A stretch of 64,000 nt of DNA from an uncultured Acidobacteriota bacterium (GCA_963796275.1 CAWCKY010000007.1:32001-96000); one strand, 5' to 3'. Shown: positions 31,501-41,377, counted from the stretch's first letter. The notes: generated by a model not told the origin, from the sequence alone. Program-made: numbers and translations.

Positions 31501-32380
31501 ATTGTTTAGCACTGCCAACACGAATGGTTGGCAAACCTGGATGACAATCTCAAAAGCCAATGTCTCATTGACGGCAGGCGTTCAGGTGATGAGAGTGTTT
31601 CTTGATGATGCAAACTTCAATCTGGACAAGATTACATTTTCAATTGCGGGCGGCAATGTTCCGGTTACAGGTATTACCGTATCACCAACATCTCGGTCAT
31701 TGCCGGTCGGAAGTACTGTTCAACTCGTTCCTACGGTTTCACCTGCAATCGCTACCAACAAGAGTGTGACCTATGCGTCAAATAATAATGCGGCGGCTAC
31801 CGTAAACGGTTCAGGGCTAGTGTCTGCGGTTGGCACAGGTACGGCTGTCATTACGGTTACAACCGTAGATCAAGGTAAAACAGCTACGAGCGCTATCACT
31901 GTGATTAGTACTGCGACTGCTTACAGAATCAAAAATCGCTGGCAAAACACCTACCTATATGATGCGGGCGATCGCGTAAGATATAGCTCCACCGCTGCTG
32001 GAGCTGCTTACAATTGGGTTCTTGAAGATGTAGGGAGCGGGCAGAAAGAAATTAAAAACGTCGGCACAGGTGAGTATATGCACATTGAAAACCTGGCCGG
32101 TTTTGTTCAATGCGCCGCCCGCACCGTAGGTTGGATGAGCTCCCGCTGGACGACTGAGGATGCCGGAAGCGGATTCATCAGATTAAGAAACGTGTGGCAG
32201 TCAAGTAACTATATTCACGTTGAGAACCTTGCGGGTCATGCACAGTACGGAACAATTTTTCCTGTGTGGGAGAGCGCACAATGGGTTCTTGAACCAGTTT
32301 CCGGTGGAAGTGTGGCTATGGGAAATTCTTCTCAACCAGATTCTATCCAATTTCGGCCCACGAAACAGGCGCGGGAATAA
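28547..32380 (+). CDS. Large secreted multimodular glycoside hydrolase (GH87/mycodextranase-like beta-helix with PKD, ConA-like, CBM6, Big_2 and ricin-like modules)
   Basis: Signal peptide, PYTRYEA, SEASDR, RYSIPD, RFDE, GAGIWYT, FRNNYADGIN and RNNGDD. Modules: APIANAGPDQ (PKD), WAKAGVMIR, ENFDTGGEGVAYHD/TGEWYEY (CBM6), VPVTGITVSP (Big_2), YRIKNRWQ (ricin-like). Confidence 0.82.
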   Translation: MKTITCLFLLCFFSLSVFAQSDGLPRGAYLMPYTRYEATSTSLAGGATLLGPTFDQTKVQSEASDRICASLSAANSSVSWLTTQAGQGLVLRYSIPDGQSGTLGLYVNNTFVQNINLTTKWAWQYFAKPGQGDPNLPSNTPNPNATQRMRFDEVRVFLANSIPAGASVKLQKGVDGITYMIDFIELEPIPQAVAFNPATMRSVTEFGAVPNDGQDDLSSFNSARIALQNSGRTLYIPAGTFNLGSTWNIETNISIQGAGIWYTTLYFTSTGSGGIVGNGDNIQLRDFYMNGENTTRNEYKGLTGGYGNNSVIERLWIEHFETGAWITTWNGAITNGLRVSFCRFRNNYADGINLTRGSSNCIVEQCNMRNNGDDAIATWSAFDGPQQCFNNEFRYCTAENTWRAGGIGFFGGGGHKGHHLLIKDSTENGIRINSDFPTVGSSFSSTLWIEVYETTVIGCGTNANLWHNRYGAVDIFTRLYNVQNFRLRNVDIQGSQKDAVMIYDVASTFRISNIEFINVTLNGAGLDGNINNYTPPTYDDYAGYGIYVLPETDGSMTITNTNICNTPSGQTRNDSAATFVINGTHSSICDGNTNNAPIANAGPDQNLASGTTSANLSGSATDANGDPITYSWSQIGGPTATITENSSATTSVTGLSSGNTYVFRMSASDGEGGIGTDDIQITVQSPPSNLPSPWVTGDIGAVAASGFASYNSSTATFTANGSGADVWDTADEFRYIYQPINGDVTITARVASLANTNVWAKAGVMIRASTAAGSQHAFTTVTPGNGVNFQRRATTNGISENTGGGAGAAPYWLRLQRIGNTFTSSASTNGTNWTTIGSATISMGATALVGLAVASHADGTIATATFSNVQISTQSPSTQDPFPGPGPAAIPGTIEFENFDTGGEGVAYHDNEAANEGGQGRTTEGVDTEICSEGGLNIGWTATGEWYEYTVNVATAGVYNIDVRVASMFAGGAFHIEFNGVDNTGLFSTANTNGWQTWMTISKANVSLTAGVQVMRVFLDDANFNLDKITFSIAGGNVPVTGITVSPTSRSLPVGSTVQLVPTVSPAIATNKSVTYASNNNAAATVNGSGLVSAVGTGTAVITVTTVDQGKTATSAITVISTATAYRIKNRWQNTYLYDAGDRVRYSSTAAGAAYNWVLEDVGSGQKEIKNVGTGEYMHIENLAGFVQCAARTVGWMSSRWTTEDAGSGFIRLRNVWQSSNYIHVENLAGHAQYGTIFPVWESAQWVLEPVSGGSVAMGNSSQPDSIQFRPTKQARE

Positions 32381-32520
32381 AGCCCTTTGTCGATGCCCAG
32401 ATCTTTTCGAGATGCATTTTATTGTCGCGTGGCGTAACTATGAATTTAGCGATGCATTTTGCGATGTATTAGCGCACGGAAAGCCGGTAAAGCGCTTCTC
32501 GTGGTTGAGAGCGCGGGAAC

Positions 32521-32845
32521 TCAAGCGTCGATACGCGACGCGGGCAATCTCGCATGTCTACCGAGGGTTGAAACCTGGTCATTACCCAAACTTTTGCGCT
32601 AATGGATCTCCGCCCCAACGGGGCGCAAGATTTACGCCCCGTTGGGGCGGAGATCGTATATCCAAAAAGAGTAAAAGTTTGGGTAATGACAAGAGGTTGA
32701 AACCGGTTTCAACCCCAAGGAAGGCTTGAAGATATTCGCGCGTCGCGTAAACGACGCCTGAATCACCCGTCGCTGAAAAGATCTGCCACGGTGATTGAAA
32801 CCTGTATAACCCACGGCTACATCCACACCTTCGCTACGCGACGAT
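32521..32845. repeat. REP-like repeat cluster (CGTCGxTACGCGACG / GGTTGAAACC / CCCACGGCTAC units)
   Basis: Multiple degenerate palindromic units in the intergenic region. Confidence 0.55.
32578..32690. mobile_element. 113-bp MITE-like element with perfect 18-bp terminal inverted repeats
   Basis: GTCATTACCCAAACTTTT (32578-95) / AAAAGTTTGGGTAATGAC (32673-90). Internal 21-bp inverted repeat 32605-25 / 32635-55. GGTTGAAACC occurs on both flanks. Confidence 0.65.
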
Positions 32846-33136
32846 GAAAATGTGTCTTCCGTGAAATATCCGGGTTAACGACAAGGGGGATGAAACTGTT
32901 TAAACTGCAGCTAAATTCACGTTGTCGTTAGGTGACGGCGTGAATGTTCATTTCGTGCAGAAAATCGTGCAGAAAATTAGGTAATGACAAGCGTATCGAA
33001 CCGGGCTACGGCCTTGCATGCATTGCAAGATTCACCCGTAGTCGAAACGGTGGACAGAGAGAAGTTACTGTGGCACTTTAAGCCCCTGTAATTTTTATCC
33101 GATGGTCAAGAAGAAGCAGCGGCGACTCCATCAACT

Positions 33137-34825
33137 ATGTCCACTGAAAACTATCACCAGACTGCAGCCGAACCTGCGCCTCCGGCCGAACCGGAGATCA
33201 GAGCAGCTCTTTCGGCCATCATCGGCGGCCGCCAGTTTCAGAGCGCGAGCCGGTTATCCTCATTTCTCAATTACATCGTGCAAGAGACTCTTAAGGGCAA
33301 TGATCACTACCTGAAAGAGTACGTGCTCGGCACGGAGGTCTTTGGTCGGGCAGCGAATTACGATCCCCGCATTGATCCAATCGTCCGAAACTATGCCGTC
33401 AGATTACGTAAAAAGCTGGAAGAGTACTATGCGGAAAATCCCGATGCCTGCGATGTAATCATCTCGCTCCCAAAAGGTCACTATGTTCCGGTCTTCTCCA
33501 GGCGGACGGAGACTCTTCAGCGATCATCCGCTGAGAGCACGACGAGGCGCGTGATGGAGCAGGCTATCGAGCCTCAAAGCGTGAGCCTGCCGAACCGCGA
33601 TTTGAATGGCGAGATTCCGGCGACGGTTGAAAATCTCCGGCGAGACCGAGCAGTTGGCTGGTGGGCGGTCGCAATCGTGATGGCTCTCATCGCGATCGGG
33701 ACGGCCTTCGTCTGGGCGTTTTTGAATGGGGTTGAGCGGCGCAACAAGGCGGCGCCCGTCGAGACCGCGTTGAGCGGTTCTGCTCAAGCTGCTCAGGTCG
33801 CCGTTCCGCCCGAGATTGACGGATTGCCGGACACGGTGTGGGCTGGCCGTATCAATCAGCGGGTTGGGAAGCGGCTGAAGGGCAACGTATATCACAGCGC
33901 AAGCTTTGGCGTGCTATGGGACGTAGCTAATCTCTATTTGATGGTAGAGGTGCGCGATGGCGAACAGAGCGGTTCGGCGGCGCGAAAAAGAGACGAGGTT
34001 GAGATCTATCTGGACACCGGCAACCAGAGGGAACATAGCTACCGGGCGCACAATTATCAATTCATTCTGCCGGTTCAAGGCGGCGTCCCGACCGAGCAGA
34101 ACAGACGCACCGCCGGATTGAAGATGGCGACCGTGCGGGAGAACTGGGGGTATCGCATGGAAGCCGCAATTCCCTGGACAACCTTAGCAGTCACCGGCGA
34201 GGCCGGGCGTAAATTCGGTTTCGATCTCGGCGTCAGCCGCAGGGAGAAAGACGCCTCATTACTTATGTGGCATGGCACGGTTGACAATTGGTTCGATCCA
34301 TCCGGATTTGGCAACTTGATGCTGGCTTCCGACCTGGTCAACGCGGCAATGACGACCGTCCTTCCATCAGCGGAGCCGCAGTCTACGGCCGGTCAGGACA
34401 ATCGGTCGGTATTGCGAATCGTCAGCCAGGCGAATAATGAAGCAGGGGCAATCGTAAGGTTCGAGCTTCCATCTCTGCCGGCGCGAGTGTTGAGCGCCAA
34501 ATTGCGCTTGTACTGCGCCGGATTGAAGGCGTCGGGCCGCGGACAGGTCGTCCGTGTCTACGGCAAATTTGCAATGAGTCGTCAATTCGGCGCGCCGGGG
34601 GAGCAAGGGCCGTCGTCGTTCCAATCCGCCATTCTGATCAGTGCCCCGGCGATGTGGTACGAATGGGATGTCACACCAGTCGTCCGTCAGGCGGTAGAAG
34701 GTCGCAGCCGATATATTGAGATGATCCTTCGTGCCAGAGATGCCGAGGATACTGGAAACGGATGGGCGGATATCTCCAGCGGAAGCGCTTCAGGACAAGA
34801 ACCGCGGCTGGCACTGGAATATTGA
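33137..34825 (+). CDS. Membrane-anchored one-component regulator: N-terminal wHTH-like domain, TM helix, periplasmic CBM9-like and DNRLRE-like domains
   Basis: SRLSSFLNYIV...LKEYVLGTEVFGR...DPIVRNYAVRLRKKLEEYY; TM WWAVAIVMALIAIG; PEIDG...LWDVANLYL...EAAIPW...GFDLG (CBM9-like); IVRFEL...SAKLRLY...WDVT...PRLAL (DNRLRE-like). Confidence 0.75.
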   Translation: MSTENYHQTAAEPAPPAEPEIRAALSAIIGGRQFQSASRLSSFLNYIVQETLKGNDHYLKEYVLGTEVFGRAANYDPRIDPIVRNYAVRLRKKLEEYYAENPDACDVIISLPKGHYVPVFSRRTETLQRSSAESTTRRVMEQAIEPQSVSLPNRDLNGEIPATVENLRRDRAVGWWAVAIVMALIAIGTAFVWAFLNGVERRNKAAPVETALSGSAQAAQVAVPPEIDGLPDTVWAGRINQRVGKRLKGNVYHSASFGVLWDVANLYLMVEVRDGEQSGSAARKRDEVEIYLDTGNQREHSYRAHNYQFILPVQGGVPTEQNRRTAGLKMATVRENWGYRMEAAIPWTTLAVTGEAGRKFGFDLGVSRREKDASLLMWHGTVDNWFDPSGFGNLMLASDLVNAAMTTVLPSAEPQSTAGQDNRSVLRIVSQANNEAGAIVRFELPSLPARVLSAKLRLYCAGLKASGRGQVVRVYGKFAMSRQFGAPGEQGPSSFQSAILISAPAMWYEWDVTPVVRQAVEGRSRYIEMILRARDAEDTGNGWADISSGSASGQEPRLALEY

Positions 34826-34909
34826 TAACTCGTTTTTTCTCAATTGAGTTACCGTAAAACAAATCTTGTTACTTAGAGGGAACGACCGATTCCATATAGA
34901 AGTGTAAAC

Positions 34910-36289
34910 ATGAATGTTGATAATCTGAGAGTGACACTAAAATCCGTACCTGTCGTGATCGCGCTAATGCTCATCGGTCTTATCGGGATAGCAATGGCTT
35001 TCACTCTTCAATTTCGTGAGCGGTTCACGCCTGCTGGTACCGGGGCACCCGTCACTTTGACCATGTGGTACCTGGGCGCAGGAAGTCACCACGAAAAACG
35101 TTTCACCGACGAGTTGGTACGCCGTTACGAACAGGAACATCCGGGCGTCGAGGTCCTGGTCACCTACTACAACAGCCTCGATGAATACATTCGCATTATC
35201 AAAAGCGCGCTGTCGGGAGAGACGGCCTTTCCGGATCTGGCGTGCGGCGATCAGGGATCGCATTCGGTCGATGCGCTCATTCGTCAAGGTCGTCTGGTCG
35301 ATCTGAGCGATGAAGCGACCCGGCGCGATTGGAGATATCGTTTACAGCCGGAAATGCTCGAATACCTCGGTCGTCGTTACACCGGCGGAACATTTCTGAT
35401 TCCTTCGCGGATTCATTTCGCTGGGATTTTTTACAATCGGCAGGTCTTTGAAAAGCTCGGTCTGCAGATTCCCAGAACCGAGGCGGAATTTGAATCACTG
35501 CTGGGGCGGCTCAAAAGGGAAGGTCAGACCCCGCTGATGATCGGTGAAAAAGCGGGTGATCAACTGCTCTTCCACTGGTACGCGCTGATCAACAACCGTG
35601 TCAATCTGATCAATCGGCCGGCGCGCGAGATCCTCGGCGACCTCTTCGCCGGTAAAAATTCAGTAGCTTTCGACTCGGAGCCATTCAGACAAGGGGCCGA
35701 GAAGATGAAGGAGTGGATGAAGCGCGGTTATTTCAACCGTGATTTCGCCAGCCTCACCAGCGATGGGGCTTATGACCGTTTCCTCGCAGGGAAATCCCCG
35801 TTGTACCTCGGTCTGGGAGGAAGTTGGGCGCAAGAGAGAGAACGCGCGCATCCGCCACAGTTCGTCATCGGGTTTTTCCCTTTTCCGCCGGCCGAGTTGG
35901 GGAAGCGTGCCATCGCCACCGGTTCACCTACTGCCGTCTGGCAGGTATTTAAAGGCAATGATCAGGCGGCGGCCATTGAGCTGACCGATTGGATGCTAAG
36001 TCGTGAAGTCGGCCGGTTCCTGATCGAAAATCAAAATCTACCGGCGCTGCGAGTCGATGACCTGCGCGGCATTTCACTTGCACCTCACCTGCTCGATGAA
36101 CTTTCGGCTTTCAAGGAATGCGACCTCGGCATCTTTTATGACAATGCCAGCCCAGCGCTGCGCGCGGTCATGAAAGAGGGGCTGACACAATTGATGACCG
36201 GAGAGAAGTCCGTCAATGGGCTGGTAACCGAGACCCAGGCGACATTTCAAAAGGATATCAATTCTTCTCCGCTCAGCATCGCCCGATAA
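34910..36289 (+). CDS. Sugar ABC-type extracellular solute-binding protein (no adjacent permeases)
   Basis: N-terminal anchor, VTLTMWY, YEQEHPGVEV, GIFYNRQVFEKLGL and GFFPFP. Confidence 0.85.
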   Translation: MNVDNLRVTLKSVPVVIALMLIGLIGIAMAFTLQFRERFTPAGTGAPVTLTMWYLGAGSHHEKRFTDELVRRYEQEHPGVEVLVTYYNSLDEYIRIIKSALSGETAFPDLACGDQGSHSVDALIRQGRLVDLSDEATRRDWRYRLQPEMLEYLGRRYTGGTFLIPSRIHFAGIFYNRQVFEKLGLQIPRTEAEFESLLGRLKREGQTPLMIGEKAGDQLLFHWYALINNRVNLINRPAREILGDLFAGKNSVAFDSEPFRQGAEKMKEWMKRGYFNRDFASLTSDGAYDRFLAGKSPLYLGLGGSWAQERERAHPPQFVIGFFPFPPAELGKRAIATGSPTAVWQVFKGNDQAAAIELTDWMLSREVGRFLIENQNLPALRVDDLRGISLAPHLLDELSAFKECDLGIFYDNASPALRAVMKEGLTQLMTGEKSVNGLVTETQATFQKDINSSPLSIAR

Positions 36290-36380
36290 CTCGGCCACCT
36301 TTAGTATCGCTAATGTTGACGATCCGGCGAGCAAACACGCGCACCAAGAACAGCGATCGGGGAAGGTTATGAAACAGATA

Positions 36381-37556
36381 TTATTTCACTTTTGTTTCAG
36401 CCTTGTTCTTTGACATTCCGTCCACTCTTTCAAAATTGGTTTTGTAGATCGGCAAATTCGGATCGTTGTTCTTTGTGCCGATTTGTATGGCTTTCTCATA
36501 ATTCGGACGTGCCAGTTCGAGCTTACCGCTCTTTTCATAGGCTTCGGCCAAACTATCATAGACATTGGCTGACCCGGGAAATCTCTCGACGTTAATCTTA
36601 AATGCCTTTATGGCTTCATCCATCTTGCCGTCACCCATCAACGCGTATCCGATGCTATTCATCAACTGTTCCGGCATCAAGATCGTGTAGCCGAATTTCG
36701 CCGTCAACTTTTGGTAATGCTCCTCGGCGGCATTCACGCCCTGCCTGGCAATCGCGGGCGAGACTTGCCATCCATCGAAAATTTTCTTGAAGCCGAAATA
36801 ATGGCTGCGCAATACGACCGATCCGTGATCTTCGTCTTCCATGAGCATCGAATCCCACTCGAACTCCGGTATCCTGTTTTTGGCGAGGATGTTTTTGAAC
36901 CGGTCAAATCCTTCGCGCATCGCCCCGCCTTCGTTGGCCATCGTAAAATAGAGGGTCTTGTTCAATTCTTTGCGGTCTTTGAAGAACTCTTCGGCCCTGC
37001 GGCACATCAACTGGTTGTCCCAGTGCAGAGACGGGCTGACTGCGATGAAACTATTGAAGACCTCCGGGCGTGTCAGAAAGGAGTTGATCGCAAATAACCC
37101 GCCGAACGAATGCCCGGCAAAGACGCGATAGGGCTGTGTGCGATAACTGCCTTCTATCTTTGGGATCAATTCGGTCTCGATAAATTTCAGGAATTTGTCC
37201 GCCCCTCCGCTGGTTGGAAATTGTATCGGCTCGTTCCTTTCACGCGTCGGTGTCAGATCACGCGTACGATCAGTATTGGTGATCGCAACGACGATCATCT
37301 CCGGCATACGGCCATTCCGCGAAAGGAATTCTATCGTGCTGACGGTATGACCAAGCTGAGCCAGGCCATCGGTCATATAGAGAACCGGGTATCGGTGGCC
37401 ATCGCGCTCGTATCCTGGTGGTGTGCGAACGAGCACAATCCGCTCCTCGCCCAGCACTTCGGATTTAATGGTGACGCGCTCACTCGACCCGTAATTCTGC
37501 GCGAAAGCAGTTGCAGTCAATGAGCAAAGAAACAGGAACAGACAACAATGTTTCAT
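36381..37556 (-). CDS. Secreted putative esterase (IroE/YuiI-like alpha/beta hydrolase) with C-terminal TPR
   Basis: YPVLYMTDG, DRTRDLTPT, SGGADKFLKF, GHSFGG, EDHGSV and a TPR (ANVYDSLAEAY). Confidence 0.88.
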   Translation of the reverse strand: MKHCCLFLFLCSLTATAFAQNYGSSERVTIKSEVLGEERIVLVRTPPGYERDGHRYPVLYMTDGLAQLGHTVSTIEFLSRNGRMPEMIVVAITNTDRTRDLTPTRERNEPIQFPTSGGADKFLKFIETELIPKIEGSYRTQPYRVFAGHSFGGLFAINSFLTRPEVFNSFIAVSPSLHWDNQLMCRRAEEFFKDRKELNKTLYFTMANEGGAMREGFDRFKNILAKNRIPEFEWDSMLMEDEDHGSVVLRSHYFGFKKIFDGWQVSPAIARQGVNAAEEHYQKLTAKFGYTILMPEQLMNSIGYALMGDGKMDEAIKAFKINVERFPGSANVYDSLAEAYEKSGKLELARPNYEKAIQIGTKNNDPNLPIYKTNFERVDGMSKNKAETKVK

Positions 37557-37775
37557 ATTTGCCTCCTTCTGAGGTAAGGGCTATTGAACTTCCGGTTGAA
37601 ATGCGATTGCGGAAGGACATAGTTTAAACCGGGAAGCAGCTACCGGCTGATTCTGGTTTGCTGATTGAAAACAATTTTTACGACATTTTACATCGCACCT
37701 GGGCGCATTTTTTAATAGCCTTCCATCTCTAGAGTCTTATTAGATCCGCCAGAAATGGCCCTTGGGTGACATCAG

Positions 37776-39815
37776 TTATGGTTTCCAGCCCGGTAGCGAG
37801 ACGGTTGCGCGATAGTTAGAGTCGTTGTACATGGGGTTGCGTACCGGTTTATATATCTGCTTGCCAGTGAATGGCCTGTCTTGCGTATATATCCACACGG
37901 AATCCGAATCCCACACTATGATTTCGTCACGCTCATCGCCCGTGACGTTCAAAACCTGATACGCGAGATCAGGATGCCCGTCGTTCGGGAACATGACCAC
38001 GCGCCGCAATTGCCCGTCGATCATCCCACCTTCCTTCAAATTCGCACTGAGCATCGCGAATTCGTGCCCATCGCCGCGCCAATTCACCGGCTGTAGATGG
38101 CTTGAGCCGGGAATGAGCTCTTCTTGTGCGAGAATATTAGCCTCAGCGTCGAACAGCGTCACAATCCCCGTATTGCGCCAAAAATTGGCAGTCATAATCT
38201 GCAGACCGTTCGCCTCGGGCCGATACTTGCCGACGCTTTGCGTCTGCGCGTGCCCGATGCGCACCTGTTTCACGATCTTTCCATCAGCGGAGATCACGAC
38301 GAAACCCTCATCACTTCCGCAGGAGTAGATTCGAGGCCGCGCCTGCGGATCGTCCGTGTAATTTCCGGCAGAGATAGCATCAGTATGGTCATTCATCTCC
38401 GCATCGCGCGACCAGAGCTGTTTGCCCGTCCCGTTCCATAAGGAAAACCCGATCACGAACTCGTCCTTACCGTCACCGTCGAAATCATAGGGATATGGAT
38501 AGTGTCCGGTCTGCCCCTTACCCGTCCACAACAGCTTTAGTTGATTGTCGAACACCCAGAAAGTACGGTAACGATCCTTTAACAGCAGCTCCTGGCGACC
38601 CTTTCTCCCCGACAGATTCAGGAAGATTATCGAGTCGCCGCTGTTCAGCTCGTACGGCCGCTCCCTGTTGTCTGACGGTGCGTTAGGCATCCAGGCGCGC
38701 TGGCGCACCTTGCCGGTCGCTCCCTCCAGCACCTGAATCTGAAAGTCCTTCACCATGACGACTTCATTCTTTCCATCACCGTCAATGTCGTGAATCTGGA
38801 ACGGAGTGTCGTTGGTCAGTAAGGTATTGCGCGGATCGGGGCGGCCGATCTGCCAAAGTACCTTGCCATCGAAATTGACGGCGGTTAGACAGCTGATATG
38901 GTCAAACGCATCTCCGCGCACCTTCGGAATATTCTGCGCGATCAATAGATCGGTGCGTCCGTCGCCATCCAGATCCCCGAAACGCACGTTACGCCCCGCA
39001 CCGTATATCGGAGTGCGAAACTTCTTCCAGAGCTTCGGCTGCGGATTGGATGCTCGGAGCGATGTCAGCTCCTTCTCGCGTGCGACGATAGCGCTGCGGA
39101 TACGCTTCTCGACGGCATCGGGCGCAGATACTACGAATTCGGTGAATCTTGCGGGAACGTTTGCCGTAATGCCTGCACGCCCGCTCAGTATCTCCCCATC
39201 ATCCGCCTCGATGACCAGTTTGCCATCGAAATATGCGCGAATCTTCGCTCCTTCGTTTTCTATCCTCAATTCGTGGTATTGCCTGATATCGTAAGATACG
39301 TCGGCGGCTCCGAGTTCCTTCCAGTCTATCACGCGCAACTTCTGTTCGATCGGCAGCCGCAGCGCCAGACGCGCTTTCTTACCGCCCGAGATAGAGAATA
39401 TGTAGTAATGGCGGTTCGTGTGATACCGGAACACGATGCCGGCTGATTCCGCGAGCGACAGTGGCCGGACTCTCGCCGAAACTGTGTAACTGGTCCACGA
39501 TGGATCGCCAGTTACGAATAGCGGTTGCCAGCGCTCCGGCTGGTCATGCAGGAGATGTTGTTCGAGATATGTTTTGCCGTCCTCGTCGCCTGCCACCCAC
39601 GAGTCATTATGCGTGATCGGGTTATACCACGGGAAAGCCGGCACACCACGATGAGGCAGATAGTGATATTCCTGAATGGCTCCATTCAGCAAGCCGACCG
39701 GCTTCGAGAGCCAACCGGGTGGGAATCTCGAGAAATCGTCCCGAAATAGCTCGACCGAAGGCGGTGCGCCGAGAGAGAGTAGGGCTGTGATTGTGAGCAA
39801 CAGGATCAGGCGCAT
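37776..39815 (-). CDS. Secreted FG-GAP beta-propeller protein, rhamnogalacturonan lyase (PL11)-like, with N-terminal ConA-like domain
   Basis: GDLDGDGRTD, HDIDGDGKNE and YDFDGDGKDE repeats, plus TGHYP, GHAQ and YNDSNY. Confidence 0.7.
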   Translation of the reverse strand: MRLILLLTITALLSLGAPPSVELFRDDFSRFPPGWLSKPVGLLNGAIQEYHYLPHRGVPAFPWYNPITHNDSWVAGDEDGKTYLEQHLLHDQPERWQPLFVTGDPSWTSYTVSARVRPLSLAESAGIVFRYHTNRHYYIFSISGGKKARLALRLPIEQKLRVIDWKELGAADVSYDIRQYHELRIENEGAKIRAYFDGKLVIEADDGEILSGRAGITANVPARFTEFVVSAPDAVEKRIRSAIVAREKELTSLRASNPQPKLWKKFRTPIYGAGRNVRFGDLDGDGRTDLLIAQNIPKVRGDAFDHISCLTAVNFDGKVLWQIGRPDPRNTLLTNDTPFQIHDIDGDGKNEVVMVKDFQIQVLEGATGKVRQRAWMPNAPSDNRERPYELNSGDSIIFLNLSGRKGRQELLLKDRYRTFWVFDNQLKLLWTGKGQTGHYPYPYDFDGDGKDEFVIGFSLWNGTGKQLWSRDAEMNDHTDAISAGNYTDDPQARPRIYSCGSDEGFVVISADGKIVKQVRIGHAQTQSVGKYRPEANGLQIMTANFWRNTGIVTLFDAEANILAQEELIPGSSHLQPVNWRGDGHEFAMLSANLKEGGMIDGQLRRVVMFPNDGHPDLAYQVLNVTGDERDEIIVWDSDSVWIYTQDRPFTGKQIYKPVRNPMYNDSNYRATVSLPGWKP

Positions 39816-40324
39816 ATGTCAAAGTCCAAACGGGAAGTGAAGTGGTATTCCGTGCGTGTACCGCCAGCAAGGTGCAGGTACTCAAAGTCAACGACCCGAC
39901 AAGAATACGCAAAGTATGTATTTTCTCTATCACTGTTTCGGTGGTAGTTGCGGTATTGTCTCTGCTGACCGAAATACTCCCCATAATCAGACCGGGTGGT
40001 CAGAGAGGCTAACACGCTTCTGGTTTGAGGTTCAATTGATCGCCAGAATAGACTGATTTTCTTTTTCATTTGCGGGTTGAGCCGGGCAGCGGCGTTGTTA
40101 CCGCCGACCATCCCGGCCCACAGCCGGATCGAAAAGATGGCTCCTGCTTCAGTTGGATGGAAACGCGATGACCAGCATGCTGGGGAACACGGCGAATGTA
40201 ACAAATTTACCCGTGTTCCCCGTCTTCAGCGGTTAGTAACGGGCAGGAGCCTGTGTATCCACTTTCTGCTATCTACTGATCGCTGTTTTCACAGGGACGC
40301 GCCACACCTTCGTCACGCGCTGAC

Positions 40325-41377
40325 CTAACGGCAGCTGAGGAGCGCCGTCTTAACCGCATTCAATATTGCGTTGGGATTTACGACGTGCAGATTATGTACG
40401 GTATCGGCGCCATTGACCGTAAAGAACAGCCTCCCGTTTTGATCCTGAGTGATAAAGGAATAGAGGTCTCTATGTTCAGTAGGGAAGACGTAGAGTCCAT
40501 CCTGCTCAAATGTCACAACTGAGGCTACTGTGCCTCGATTTAGCGAGAAGATGCCCTGGCTGATTGTAGGACGAGAGCCGGTGGCTCCAATGAGATCAGC
40601 TCCCACAGTAGCTGAATCAAGCGAGATGTACCCTTTGGCAACGGCTTCTTCCGGAGTAGTTGCATTGAGGGGGATGTTGCCGGCCCGGTCGCCGTAGAAC
40701 AGCGAAACCCAGACCGGAGGGGGAATATCCAGTACGCTTCCCAGGACCGGATCCTGCCTGACGAATTGTGCGACCAGCGGGCCGGCCGCGCCGCTATCGA
40801 CGAAGGCCCAGGGCAGCGGCCCGGGAATATCGGGAACAAGAAAGATGGCACCTCTGATACCGAATTTGCTGCTCAACGTGACGCCCTGATCGATCAATCT
40901 TTGTTGCGCTAACATTATGATCTCTGCTCCCAGGCTATGGCCCAGCAGGACGTTCGGCCGTATTCCAAGTTGCGGAAGTTTATCGAGAGAGGCCAGCAGA
41001 GAAGTGACATAATCATTTATCGTGAGGCTCCCAAACTGAATGCCATTGGGATAGCCGCTGTTTCCGTGACCGGGGTAATTTAACAACACCGCCTTCGAAA
41101 CCAAAAAACCAAAATTGTCCGAGAAGATCGCCTGAGTCAGAGGCTTGAAGGTATTCGCCGTTTGCCCAGTGCCATTTAGAAAAAGCACTTGTAATCCGAA
41201 GTTGGGATTGCGGGGGTTTACCACTACCGTTGCGCCCATCTGCACCGAGACATTGTCTCTCAGCTGGATCTGAAAATTAATGTCATGCGCGGGCGGTTCA
41301 GATGCAGATATACGCGACACATTGCCGCCAATAACTAGAAACATCCCGGCCAGAAAAACTTGAAACATCGTTTTCAT
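40325..41377 (-). CDS. Secreted alpha/beta hydrolase
   Basis: Signal peptide, NYPGHGNS, GHSLG and a C-terminal His (VHNLH). Confidence 0.8.
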   Translation of the reverse strand: MKTMFQVFLAGMFLVIGGNVSRISASEPPAHDINFQIQLRDNVSVQMGATVVVNPRNPNFGLQVLFLNGTGQTANTFKPLTQAIFSDNFGFLVSKAVLLNYPGHGNSGYPNGIQFGSLTINDYVTSLLASLDKLPQLGIRPNVLLGHSLGAEIIMLAQQRLIDQGVTLSSKFGIRGAIFLVPDIPGPLPWAFVDSGAAGPLVAQFVRQDPVLGSVLDIPPPVWVSLFYGDRAGNIPLNATTPEEAVAKGYISLDSATVGADLIGATGSRPTISQGIFSLNRGTVASVVTFEQDGLYVFPTEHRDLYSFITQDQNGRLFFTVNGADTVHNLHVVNPNAILNAVKTALLSCR

